A stretch of 62,068 nucleotides of DNA, filler included, from Anaerolineae bacterium (GTDB taxonomy: Bacteria; Chloroflexota; Anaerolineae; Epilineales; Epilineaceae), in assembly GCA_029262755.1 (NCBI GenBank). It is 8 parts of 8 records of this genome, joined end to end, with 100 filler letters (N's around TTAATTAATTAA, not from the genome) between each part and the next. Parts side by side here need not be neighbours in the genome. Positions count along the whole stretch, not along the records: positions 9,657 to 27,712 come from JAJCYU010000290.1; 7 more parts are not named here. One strand, given 5' to 3'. Positions 10,408 through 19,187 of the stretch are shown in pieces. The notes beneath the pieces were generated by a model. It had not been told where the DNA came from, did no database searches, and worked only from the letters and a program-made list of their open reading frames with translations. Position 1 is the first letter of the stretch. Every line of letters begins with the position of its first letter. A program made the position numbers and the translations under genes.

Positions 10408-11475
10408 ATGACGAAGTGGACGGCGAAGGATATCGGAGACCAGCGCGGTCGCGTGGCGGTCGTCACCGGCGGCAACAGCGGCATCGGCTACGTCACGGCC
10501 TTGGAGCTGGCGCGAAGCGGCGCGCAGGTCGTGGTCGCCGCCCGCTCGCCCGAGCGTGGCAGTGAGGCCGCGGCGCGCATCCGGGCGGAGGGCGTCCCGG
10601 GCGACGCGGTGTTCATGAAGCTCGACCTGGCCGACCTGGCCTCGGTGCGCGCCTTCGCGCGCACCTTCCAGGCACGCTTCGAGCGGCTGGACCTCTTGAT
10701 CAACAACGCCGGCGTGATGGCCACGCCGCAGGCACAGACGGCGGACGGCTTCGAGCTACAGCTCGGCACGAACCACTTCGGACATTTCGCCTTGACTGGC
10801 CTCCTGATCGAACGGCTGATCGCCACGCCCGGCTCGCGGGTGGTGACGGTATCGAGCATGTTGCATCACCAGGGCACCCTAAACCTCGGCGACCTGCACG
10901 GCCGCGTGCGCGGCTACGACCGCTGGCGCAGCTACAACCAGAGCAAGCTGGCCAACCTGCTCTTCACCTTCGAGTTGAACCGGCGCCTCGCGGCGGCCGG
11001 CGCGCCCACCATCGCCGTGGCGGCGCATCCCGGGTGGAGCGCCACGAACCTCCAGCGCCACCACCGCCTGACCCGTATGCTCGGCCCATTCTTCGCAATG
11101 CGGCCGACCCAGGGCGCCTTGCCCACGCTCTTCGCGGCGGTCGAAGCGTCGGTCACGGGCGGCGATTTCATCGGCCCGGACGGCTGGTTCGAGTCCCGCG
11201 GCTACCCGACCCACGTCGAGGCAAGCGCGGCCGCCCGGTCCCAGGCGGACGCCACGCGGCTGTGGCGAGCCTCGGTCGCGGCGGTCGGCGTGGACTTCGC
11301 AGCGTTGGACCGGCCGGAGAGCGAGGAGCCGACGAACGATCGCACGAAGCGACGGCGCAAGGACCGCGAACGCGCCACCCCACGCCTGCGGCTGCCCGAG
11401 GCGCTGCGCACGGCCTTGGAGCAGATCTTCGGGCCCAGCCCACGACCGCAGAAGGTGCGGGTACGCGTCGACTGA
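10408..11475 (+). CDS. SDR family oxidoreductase (retinol dehydrogenase/WWOX-like)
   Basis: TGGNSGIG, LINNAGVM, GTNHFGHF, YNQSK (YxxxK), AAHPGWSAT; GGAG RBS. Confidence 0.93.
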   Translation: MTKWTAKDIGDQRGRVAVVTGGNSGIGYVTALELARSGAQVVVAARSPERGSEAAARIRAEGVPGDAVFMKLDLADLASVRAFARTFQARFERLDLLINNAGVMATPQAQTADGFELQLGTNHFGHFALTGLLIERLIATPGSRVVTVSSMLHHQGTLNLGDLHGRVRGYDRWRSYNQSKLANLLFTFELNRRLAAAGAPTIAVAAHPGWSATNLQRHHRLTRMLGPFFAMRPTQGALPTLFAAVEASVTGGDFIGPDGWFESRGYPTHVEASAAARSQADATRLWRASVAAVGVDFAALDRPESEEPTNDRTKRRRKDRERATPRLRLPEALRTALEQIFGPSPRPQKVRVRVD

Positions 11476-11537
11476 GAGCGGCAAGGACACAAGTACCCGA
11501 ATACCCGAGTACCCAAGGCAATCACACCGGATGATCG

Positions 11538-11570
11538 ACACCCGGGGGCGGAAGAACCGCCCCCGGGTGT
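11538..11570. terminator. Perfect 14-bp hairpin between convergent genes
   Basis: ACACCCGGGGGCGG-aagaa-CCGCCCCCGGGTGT. Confidence 0.75.
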
Positions 11571-11595
11571 ATTGCGTGCGCGACCGCCTGGCGCG

Positions 11596-14500
11596 CTACG
11601 GCCCCGCGCCGGCGGAGCGCAGCAGGTAGGGAATCACCAGCCGCCCGGTCGGGGGTGTCGAGGGTTCCGCCGTGGGCGGCGGCGCGCCCGCGGCCAGCGT
11701 GGCGATCTGCGCCGGGCTCAGCGCGACGCGGTATACGCGCACGTCGTCGATCCAGCCGCGCCAAGGGCGGGTGTCGCCCGCGGGCGGACTGCCGCCGATC
11801 CACACCGGCGCGTCGTCGTTGGCGGCGAGGGCCCCTTGCGTCTCGGTCGATCCCACCTCGGCACCGTCGAGGAACAGGCGCATCCGCGACCCGTCGTAGA
11901 CGGCCGCGGCGTGCAGCCACCGCTCGGTGGCCAGGTCGCCCGTTCCCGCAATCAAGGTCTGCGTGTCTCCCTCCGTCTTGATCCGGAAGCGAAGGCGCGT
12001 GGCGGAGCCCTCGGAGATGGTGCTGAGCATCCATTCGTGATCCTGCTCGGCCGTGCCCACGGCCTTGGTGAGGATGCGCGCATCACGGTAGGAGCCGACG
12101 TGATCCAGCGCCTCGGCGCGCACCCAGGCCATGAGGGTCAGGGCCTCGCCCGTCACGCTGAAGGCGCCCGCCGTCACGTGGTCGTCGACGCCGTCGAAGC
12201 GCAGGGCGCCGTCGCGCCTGCCTTGTGGCTCCCAGAGCGGGTCGCCCTGCAGCGTGCCGTGGTGCGCGTTGCCGGACGTGTCCTGTGCCGTCGCGCCATC
12301 CCCGTCGTCCATCGTCCAATGCGCGACCAGCGCCGATGCGGGCGGCAGTGGCGCGGGCGTGCCAGGAACGGCCGTTGGACCCACGGGCGTTGGAGGCACG
12401 GCCGTCGCGGGCGCAGCGGTCGGACGAATCAGCGGACCGCCATCGCGGGCGCCGTTCTCGAAGAGCCAGACCTTCTGGTTGAACCAGCCGATGCTCACGA
12501 TGTCCAGGTCGCCGTCGCCGTCGATGTCCACGGGGACGGTGCCGTCGTGGTGGTCGATGCCGCTGCCGCCGGGGTCCACCTCGTGCGCGGTCCACGATGC
12601 GCCGGATCCGCCGTTCTCGAAGATCAGCACGCGCGTGGCGCCCTTGTGCTCGCCCAGGACGACGTCGGGATCGCCGTCCAGGTCCATGTCGGCCAGGTGC
12701 ATGCTGTACACGCCGCCCAGGCCGCGGCCGATGATCTGCGCGGGCCAGTCTTCGCCCGCGACACCCGGATTCCGCAGCCAGACGAGGTCGACGGAGTCCC
12801 CTTCCGGGCCGACGACCGCATCCAGGTCGCCGTCGCCGTCCAGGTCCGCCAGGCGGCTGCGGTCCGGATCGGCGAAGACCGTGCTCGCGGCGTGGGCGCT
12901 CCACGACGCGCCGTCGTTGCGCAGCCACTGGGTGCCCTGGAAGAGGTCCAGATCGCCGTCGCCGTCCAGATCGCCGGCGCTGAGCGCCTCGTCTTGGGAG
13001 TCCGAGCTGATACGCGCCCAAGCCCAGGTCTCGGTGGCCGGATCCGTCGGCACGGTGAGCATTTGGACGCCCCTGCCGCCCGCGTGCCAGGAGAGCGCGA
13101 TGCGCTCGGGCTCGCCCGCTGCGAAGCTCGCACCAGCAATGCCCTGCAGAAAGTCGCCGTCCGCGGGCTCGATATTGGAGAGGATCTCGAAGCCCCCGCT
13201 GCCGTCGTTCCGGGCCCACGAGAAGGCGGCGCCGTCAGGCCTGCCGTCCGTGCCCAGCACGTCGTCGTCGCCGTCGCCGTCGAGATCACGCAGCAGTGCC
13301 ATGTTGTTCAGGGGCGCACCCACCGCCCGGCGTGTCCAGCTCCCGGCCGCATCCCCGGGATTGCGATACCACCACCCGCCGGCGACGATGTCCGTACGCC
13401 GGTCGCCGTCCAGGTCCGAGGCGCCGACGAAGACCGCGCGCCAGGGCAGGGCGCCGTCGATGAGATGCCGGGTCCAGTCATCCAGCGGCAAGGGCTCCGG
13501 CGGACCGGACTGGTTCTCCCAGAGGTCGATGACGGCGCCGTTGGGCGCATCGTCGCTCCAGTTGGCGCCGAAGATGTCCACGTCGCCGTCGTTGCCGAAA
13601 TCCCCGACGCGGAGATTGTGCGAGCCCGAGGTGGCCACCACCTGCTGCGCCCAATTCTCCTCCCGCCCACCCGCAAGGTCGTTGAAGTAGATCCCGACCT
13701 CGTCCGGGTCGGAGGATTGGTGCATCTCGGCGGTGACCAGATCCAAGTCGCCGTCACCGTCCATGTCCGCCGTCTTGAAGGTATGCAGGAAGGAGACGCT
13801 TCCGTCGACGATGCGCTTCGTCCACGCCCCGCTGCGCGGCGTATCGCTGCGATACCAGGCCAGCACGCCGCTGCTGCTCTCGGAGGGCGCGAGGACGATC
13901 TCGTTGCGCCCATCTCCGTCCAGGTCCGCGATATGCACGCCCACGTCGCCGGGCGCGCCGGGGTCGAAGCGATGCTCAAGCCACGTGGTACCGCCCGCCT
14001 GGTTCTCCAGCCAGGAGCCGTCTGCTGCGATGTCGAGATCCCCGTCCCCGTCCAGATCCCCCAGCGCGCTGCCTTCCCCGTTGCGCGACGAAGCCGTCAC
14101 CTGGGTCCAGTCGAGCGGGCTCTCCTGCAGCCAGACGAAGGTCCCGCCGCCGCGCTTCCTGCGCGTGAGGACATCCAGCCGGCCGTCCCCGTTGAGGTCG
14201 CCCAGCTCCACGTCGTGGTTGTCCTGCCCTTCGCTCCCAATACGGTGCTCGCGCCACGCGTCGACGGCCGGATCGCCGCCACCACTCAAGGGATTCTCGT
14301 ACCAGTGCAGTCCGCTCCCGTTCGGGATGACCACATCCAGGTCGCCGTCGCCGTCGATGTCGCCCACCTGCATGTCCGTGGTCCAGGAGCCCGAAGCGCG
14401 GATGGCGTGCTTGCGCCAGTCCGGGTAGGCGTACCAATACATCCCGCCACCGGAGCTGGAGGCAACCAGGGCGTCCAAGTAGCCATCGCCGTTGATGTCG

Positions 14501-14700
14501 CCGACGGTCTTGCAGTGCGGATCCGAGGGCCCGTCCGCGTCGATCACGGTGTGGCGGAAGGGGATCTCCTGCGCGGCGACGGGCGCGTGGGAGGAGGCCG
14601 CAGCCAGAAGGACGATGGCCGCGAGGACGGCGCGGCGGGGGAGGCGGAGCCGGTGCTGGAAGGACCGTCGCTGTACGGACGTCGATGTGGATCGTGCCAT
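11596..14700 (-). CDS. Exported FG-GAP/VCBS-repeat (two propellers) + LamG-like protein with Pro/Thr linkers and C-terminal LVIPYLLR motif
   Basis: Signal peptide (RRAVLAAIVLLAAASSHAPVAA); many DLDGDGDLD calcium-binding repeats; LVAHWTMDD...WLHAAAVYDG...GWIDDVRVY; AGGAG RBS. Confidence 0.88.
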   Translation of the reverse strand: MARSTSTSVQRRSFQHRLRLPRRAVLAAIVLLAAASSHAPVAAQEIPFRHTVIDADGPSDPHCKTVGDINGDGYLDALVASSSGGGMYWYAYPDWRKHAIRASGSWTTDMQVGDIDGDGDLDVVIPNGSGLHWYENPLSGGGDPAVDAWREHRIGSEGQDNHDVELGDLNGDGRLDVLTRRKRGGGTFVWLQESPLDWTQVTASSRNGEGSALGDLDGDGDLDIAADGSWLENQAGGTTWLEHRFDPGAPGDVGVHIADLDGDGRNEIVLAPSESSSGVLAWYRSDTPRSGAWTKRIVDGSVSFLHTFKTADMDGDGDLDLVTAEMHQSSDPDEVGIYFNDLAGGREENWAQQVVATSGSHNLRVGDFGNDGDVDIFGANWSDDAPNGAVIDLWENQSGPPEPLPLDDWTRHLIDGALPWRAVFVGASDLDGDRRTDIVAGGWWYRNPGDAAGSWTRRAVGAPLNNMALLRDLDGDGDDDVLGTDGRPDGAAFSWARNDGSGGFEILSNIEPADGDFLQGIAGASFAAGEPERIALSWHAGGRGVQMLTVPTDPATETWAWARISSDSQDEALSAGDLDGDGDLDLFQGTQWLRNDGASWSAHAASTVFADPDRSRLADLDGDGDLDAVVGPEGDSVDLVWLRNPGVAGEDWPAQIIGRGLGGVYSMHLADMDLDGDPDVVLGEHKGATRVLIFENGGSGASWTAHEVDPGGSGIDHHDGTVPVDIDGDGDLDIVSIGWFNQKVWLFENGARDGGPLIRPTAAPATAVPPTPVGPTAVPGTPAPLPPASALVAHWTMDDGDGATAQDTSGNAHHGTLQGDPLWEPQGRRDGALRFDGVDDHVTAGAFSVTGEALTLMAWVRAEALDHVGSYRDARILTKAVGTAEQDHEWMLSTISEGSATRLRFRIKTEGDTQTLIAGTGDLATERWLHAAAVYDGSRMRLFLDGAEVGSTETQGALAANDDAPVWIGGSPPAGDTRPWRGWIDDVRVYRVALSPAQIATLAAGAPPPTAEPSTPPTGRLVIPYLLRSAGAGP

Positions 14701-14877
14701 CACGATGCTCCTGGAGCGCGGGAAGGGTCTTGACACAAGCTATACAGGAGCACGCAATCGTATTCGATCTGAGCGCCTAAGGGGGATAGACCGAAGCTGG
14801 GGCTACCTCCCCGACCCTCTACACGGCTCGGAACGGATCGCGACGTGGTGCGATTAGCGGCACGATTTCGGCCGAGG

Positions 14878-15150
14878 TCAGCACGGGGAGCGGTGGCTTC
14901 TTGGCGGATCGCTTCGTGCGCGTCGTAGGGCGATCCACGTGCGCCACAACGGGCTGGTGCCGTAGCGCGGGTTGGCGTCGCACAGGTGCAGGACGCGCTC
15001 GGCGAGCTCTCCGAAGGGATCGCCAGCGATCGCGCGCGCCAGCGGGCGCCACAGCGCGAAGTCGCTCTGGTCCAACAAATCGTCCAAGGCCGCGTCGCCG
15101 CGCTCGTGGAGCGGAGTGTCGTCCGGGTAGTCGAGATGGCGATGGATCAC
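14878..15150 (-). CDS. Small hypothetical protein resembling the N-terminal part of antitoxin-like/XRE-associated proteins
   Basis: GTG start with GGAGG RBS; VIHRHLDYPDDTPLHERGDAALDDLLDQSDFALWRPLARAIAGDPFG...YGTSPLWRTWI. Confidence 0.55.
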   Translation of the reverse strand: MIHRHLDYPDDTPLHERGDAALDDLLDQSDFALWRPLARAIAGDPFGELAERVLHLCDANPRYGTSPLWRTWIALRRARSDPPRSHRSPC

Positions 15151-15358
15151 GCGTCTTCCTCCGCCAGGGCTTCCGGCATCGCCAGTGTCATTCATCCTCG
15201 TGAGTCTACGCACTTGGCAGAGCGCGACATAGCGTCTCCCTCTAAACAAGGCATTGCGTCGCCGTCGCGGTCCACCCGGCCCGCGCCTGATGCTATGCTC
15301 GCCGCGCAACGCACCACGGTTGCCCCCACTCCCTCTTCCCCCACCCCCGATGAGGCCC

Positions 15359-16525
15359 ATGTCCCCCAAACCCATCGCGTCCCCCGATGACCAGCCGGTC
15401 ACCTTCGTCGAGCTCTTCTTCGACCTCGTCTTCGTCTTCTCCGTCACGCAGGTGGTGGTGCTGCTGCATCATCACCTGGACTGGCCCACGGTCGGCAAGG
15501 CGCTGCTGGTCTTCTGGCTGGTCTGGTGGGCCTGGACGCAGTTCACCTGGGCGTTGAACGCGGCCAACACCTTGCATCCGTGGATCCAGCTGGGCACGTT
15601 GGTGGCGGTGGGCGTGGCCATGTTCATGGCGGTGGCCCTACCGCAGGCCTTCGGGGAGCGGGCGCTGTGGTTCGCGCTCACGTACGTGCTCGTGCGGGCG
15701 ATCGGGTTGGGGCTCTACATCTGGGTCGCGGCGGCCACACCGGACTTCCGCCACGCGGTGGACACCTTCGCGCTGCTCTCCGTAGGCGGCCTGGCCGCGG
15801 TGATTGCCGGGGGCTATCTGGGCGGCGCGGCGCAGCTGTGGCTGTGGGGGCTGGCCATCGGCTTGGACCTGCTCGCGGCGCGCGTCGGCGGCAACGTGGA
15901 CGGCTGGAACCTGCAGCCGGAGCATTTCGCGGAGCGACACGGGCTCTTCGTCATCATCGCGCTGGGGGAGACCCTCATCGTGGCGGCGAGCCTGGTCACG
16001 GACGCGACGTGGACCCCGCCGCTCATCCTGCTCACGATCCTTGTCGTGGCCATCACCTGCGTGCTCTGGTGGAGCTACTTCCCGCGCGCCAAGCCGGTGC
16101 TGGACGCGGCCCTATGCAAAGGGGAGGGGAGCGGCCGCGTGCAGCTGGCCCGCGATGCCTTCAGCGTGCTGCACTTTCCGATGATGTTCGGCGTGATCGT
16201 CTACGCCGCCGGCGTCGAGCAGGTGCTGGCGCATCCGGACGAGCCGGTGGCCCTGGCCGGGCGGCTGGCACTGGCCGCGGGCCTGATGCTCTTCGTGGGC
16301 GGCACGGCCGTGGCGCTGAAGCGCGCCTCCGGCCGGTGGCTGGCCGCGCGCTTGGGTATCGTCACCGCGACGGCGGCCACGCTCGTGCTGCTGCCGGATC
16401 CGCCGCCGGTGCTCGCGGTGGGCCTGGCGCTCGCCGGGCTCTTGGCCGTCGTGGGGCTGGAAGCCCGGGACGCCGAGCTGGACCCGCCGGAGCACGGAGG
16501 GGAGCTGCGGGATCTGGTGGACTAG
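15359..16525 (+). CDS. Low temperature requirement protein A (LtrA) family membrane protein
   Basis: VTFVELFFDLVFVF, WWAWTQFTW, HFAERHGLFVIIALGE; multiple TM helices. Confidence 0.92.
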   Translation: MSPKPIASPDDQPVTFVELFFDLVFVFSVTQVVVLLHHHLDWPTVGKALLVFWLVWWAWTQFTWALNAANTLHPWIQLGTLVAVGVAMFMAVALPQAFGERALWFALTYVLVRAIGLGLYIWVAAATPDFRHAVDTFALLSVGGLAAVIAGGYLGGAAQLWLWGLAIGLDLLAARVGGNVDGWNLQPEHFAERHGLFVIIALGETLIVAASLVTDATWTPPLILLTILVVAITCVLWWSYFPRAKPVLDAALCKGEGSGRVQLARDAFSVLHFPMMFGVIVYAAGVEQVLAHPDEPVALAGRLALAAGLMLFVGGTAVALKRASGRWLAARLGIVTATAATLVLLPDPPPVLAVGLALAGLLAVVGLEARDAELDPPEHGGELRDLVD

Positions 16526-16737
16526 GAGGCGTAGGTCGCGAACGATGTCCCTCGCGTCCGCCGGCTTCGGTGTTCGGCATTGGTGGATTGCCAAGAGACT
16601 CGAGCGCCCCTGGGTTCGCCGGGGCCATCTTGCTACGCCCCGCGAACCGTATCGTCAGGCCGGACCGAAAACTCGATCGCGCTCGCGCTACACTGCGGCG
16701 CTGGCAGACCTGGATGTATTCAATTGGAGGCACGTTC

Positions 16738-17124
16738 ATGACCGTAGGGGAGTGGATCTCTCGGGAAATCGCAAGATGGACCGTGACCCTGGTTAGCAGC
16801 GTTTTCGCAATCATCCAGTTTACTGCCCCGTTCCTTTCACTCGGCCTGGCGACCGTCGGCGCCACGCAGCCCAATCGACGCATTGCCGCACTGGGAGCCT
16901 TGTTTTCGTTGCCGGTCACGTGGCAACTTGCGCAACCGAACCTCTGGTGTCAAGGGCCGACCGGCTGGGACTGGCTCGTGCCGATCGCCTCGCTGATCTT
17001 GCCCATGGCGGTGGTGCTCTTCGCCGTGGAGCAAACCCGGTCCGTATCGATCGGGAGCGTAGGCCTGTGGACGTTGCTCTGGCTGTATTTCCTGACGCAG
17101 CGGATGTGCCTCCTCCGATTCTGA
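16738..17124 (+). CDS. Hypothetical membrane protein (about 4 TM)
   Basis: GGAGG RBS then ATG; MTVGEWISREIARWTVTLVSSVFAIIQF...; hydrophobic; lower GC than neighbours. Confidence 0.6.
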   Translation: MTVGEWISREIARWTVTLVSSVFAIIQFTAPFLSLGLATVGATQPNRRIAALGALFSLPVTWQLAQPNLWCQGPTGWDWLVPIASLILPMAVVLFAVEQTRSVSIGSVGLWTLLWLYFLTQRMCLLRF

Positions 17125-17303
17125 TCGAGCCTGTTGGCGAGTCTCTCCTTGATCGCCTCGAGCCGCCAACAGCGATCGGCGGGTCGAGGCGAAGGGCGCG
17201 CTCCGGGTGGCTGTTATCTCGACAACGGGGCCATGGCAGGCAGGTGTGGCACACAGGGCGGGGACCTTACTTGACGGCGGCGTTGCGGGCCGGACCGCCC
17301 ATT

Positions 17304-17319
17304 TGTGACACCCGTCACA
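17304..17319. promoter_or_regulatory. CRP/FNR-family-type binding site
   Basis: TGTGA-CACCCG-TCACA, an exact TGTGA-N6-TCACA match about 90 bp upstream of ATG 17409. Confidence 0.55.
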
Positions 17320-17408
17320 TAGTGTGGACGCCGAATGCGGGTACGCTGAGCGCCTACGCACCCGATCTGCGCGCCTCGCGGCGCCCTGTTACGGCAAGGA
17401 GCCTCGCC

Positions 17409-18737
17409 ATGTTGCCCATCGATGCCAAGCACTCAATTGAATCGCTCCAACCCCGAAGCCATCCATCCTGGCTGCTCTGTTTCGGCCGCGGAGCCTGGCC
17501 CGTCCTCATCCTGGTACTCGGTCTCCTCCTCGCCTTCGCGCAGCCGGCCCATTCACACCATCGCCCCGGCCATGGTGGTGGCGGTGGTGGCGGCGGCGGC
17601 ACCCCGCCAACGGCCACCCCTCCCCCTCCCCCACCCGACTCCGGATGGATCTACACGTGGACCGGTTCCGGGGCGAATCGCGAGATGCGGCGGCGCGAGG
17701 CGGACGGCCCCACGGACGAGGCACTGCCCGGCGCCCCCACCGACTACGGCTGCACCGCGCCCGGATGCATGCCCGGCTCCGGATCCGTCGGTCGGCCGAG
17801 TCACGAGTCGCATGACGGCAGCCGTTGGTACCTCGCCTCAGCGTGGCCTAGCGCGGACGTCGTGTTTCCGAACGCACCGTCCTCCGTCTATGCCTCGGAG
17901 ATCGACATGGTGCGCGAAGGCGATGCCGTCGGCGTGCGGCTGAGCGACAACCGGGGCGATTGCCTGCTTGTGGACGGCTACGACGCGGGCGGAATGAACC
18001 TCGCCTGGTCACCGGACAGCGCCGGCGACCGGGACGCGACGATCACCTTCAGCGGTAGCCGCTGGGCAGACCTGGACGGCGATCCGCAGCAGCAATGCGA
18101 GGCCTACGTGGAGTCCGGCATCTTCCGCGCTACGCTCACCCAGGACGCCAATGGCGCCTTCACCGGCATGAGCGCGCCGACACTCGTGGTGCCCACCGCG
18201 ACCCTCGATGGATCGGAGCCCGACGTGGCGGCGTACGCGTGGTCGCCGGACGGCACATCCGTGGTCTACGACGGCAACGGCGGCGGCGTCTGGATCGCCG
18301 AGGTGGGCGATCCGGTCGGCGCGCATACGCAGCTCGTGTCCGAGGGAGCCTGGGAGCTCGACTGGTCCGTCGACCAGGACCCGGGCACGGCGGGCGATCA
18401 GACGGAGATCGTCCTCACCCGCTCCGAGACGGTGCGCGTCAAGGGCCAGAACCGGCAGCAGTGGCGGGTTGAGAAGATCCGCCCGGACGGCACGGGCCGC
18501 ACGACGCTCGTCCTCGGCGCGGTCAGCAAGAACGGCCCCGATCACGGGCTGCATGTCGCACGCTGGTCCCCCACCGGCTCGCACATCGCCTACACCGACC
18601 GGATCTTCCAGAGCGGGCAGCCGACGGAGCTCGACCTGTACCGAATGGAGGCCGACGGAGCGGCCGTGACCCTGCTGTCGTCTAGGGTCGCAACGACGCC
18701 CTTGCGCCCCCTGCGTGCATGGACGGACGTGGACTGA
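17409..18737 (+). CDS. Exported TolB/PD40-like beta-propeller protein with His/Gly/Pro-rich N-terminus
   Basis: AAGGAG RBS; signal peptide WPVLILVLGLLLAFAQPAHS; LAWSPD, YAWSPDG, LDWS, RWSPTG blades. Confidence 0.75.
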   Translation: MLPIDAKHSIESLQPRSHPSWLLCFGRGAWPVLILVLGLLLAFAQPAHSHHRPGHGGGGGGGGGTPPTATPPPPPPDSGWIYTWTGSGANREMRRREADGPTDEALPGAPTDYGCTAPGCMPGSGSVGRPSHESHDGSRWYLASAWPSADVVFPNAPSSVYASEIDMVREGDAVGVRLSDNRGDCLLVDGYDAGGMNLAWSPDSAGDRDATITFSGSRWADLDGDPQQQCEAYVESGIFRATLTQDANGAFTGMSAPTLVVPTATLDGSEPDVAAYAWSPDGTSVVYDGNGGGVWIAEVGDPVGAHTQLVSEGAWELDWSVDQDPGTAGDQTEIVLTRSETVRVKGQNRQQWRVEKIRPDGTGRTTLVLGAVSKNGPDHGLHVARWSPTGSHIAYTDRIFQSGQPTELDLYRMEADGAAVTLLSSRVATTPLRPLRAWTDVD

Positions 18738-18896
18738 CGGACGGGGAGAAATGGGCACGATGGCGGTGTTGCATGTTCCCACCAGCGCCACCTTCTCGAT
18801 CACGGCGTGGGACATGCCGTCAGAGGAGTAGCCGCATTCGATATGTTTGTTGGGTGAGAAAAACGTTTTTTGGGTGAGAACGAAGTAGAAGCTCGA

Positions 18897-18939
18897 AGAC
18901 GAACACGGGGCGGCCAGGTCGGCCGCCCCGTGTTCGTCT
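18897..18939. terminator. Perfect 19-bp hairpin between convergent genes
   Basis: AGACGAACACGGGGCGGCC-aggtc-GGCCGCCCCGTGTTCGTCT. Confidence 0.7.
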
Positions 18940-19187
18940 CGAATGGTACGCCCGACCACAACGTGCCCTGGGCGTTCGCGGCGTTTCAAGGCGGTTCCGC
19001 CGATTGAAGTGCTCGTGTTGATGCGGCAGGTGAAGCAAGTGCCAACGCGTATCCATCGCCGAGGCACGCGACGATCGGTCCCGCTGCATGCGGGCGGCAG
19101 ACTCGGGGAGCTCTTCGCGCTGAAGCAACGCGGACTACTGGTAGCGGCGCCGTCTACCGGTCATGGTTCTGTTTCGGCCGACGCGCC

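Noticed and set aside
11572..14733. 1053-aa + strand ORF and many other long ORFs antisense to called genes (e.g. 27757-30600, 42617-44209, 59453-60712)
   Set aside because: Shadow frames caused by high GC3; they have no motifs or RBS, while the opposite strand has clear family signatures.
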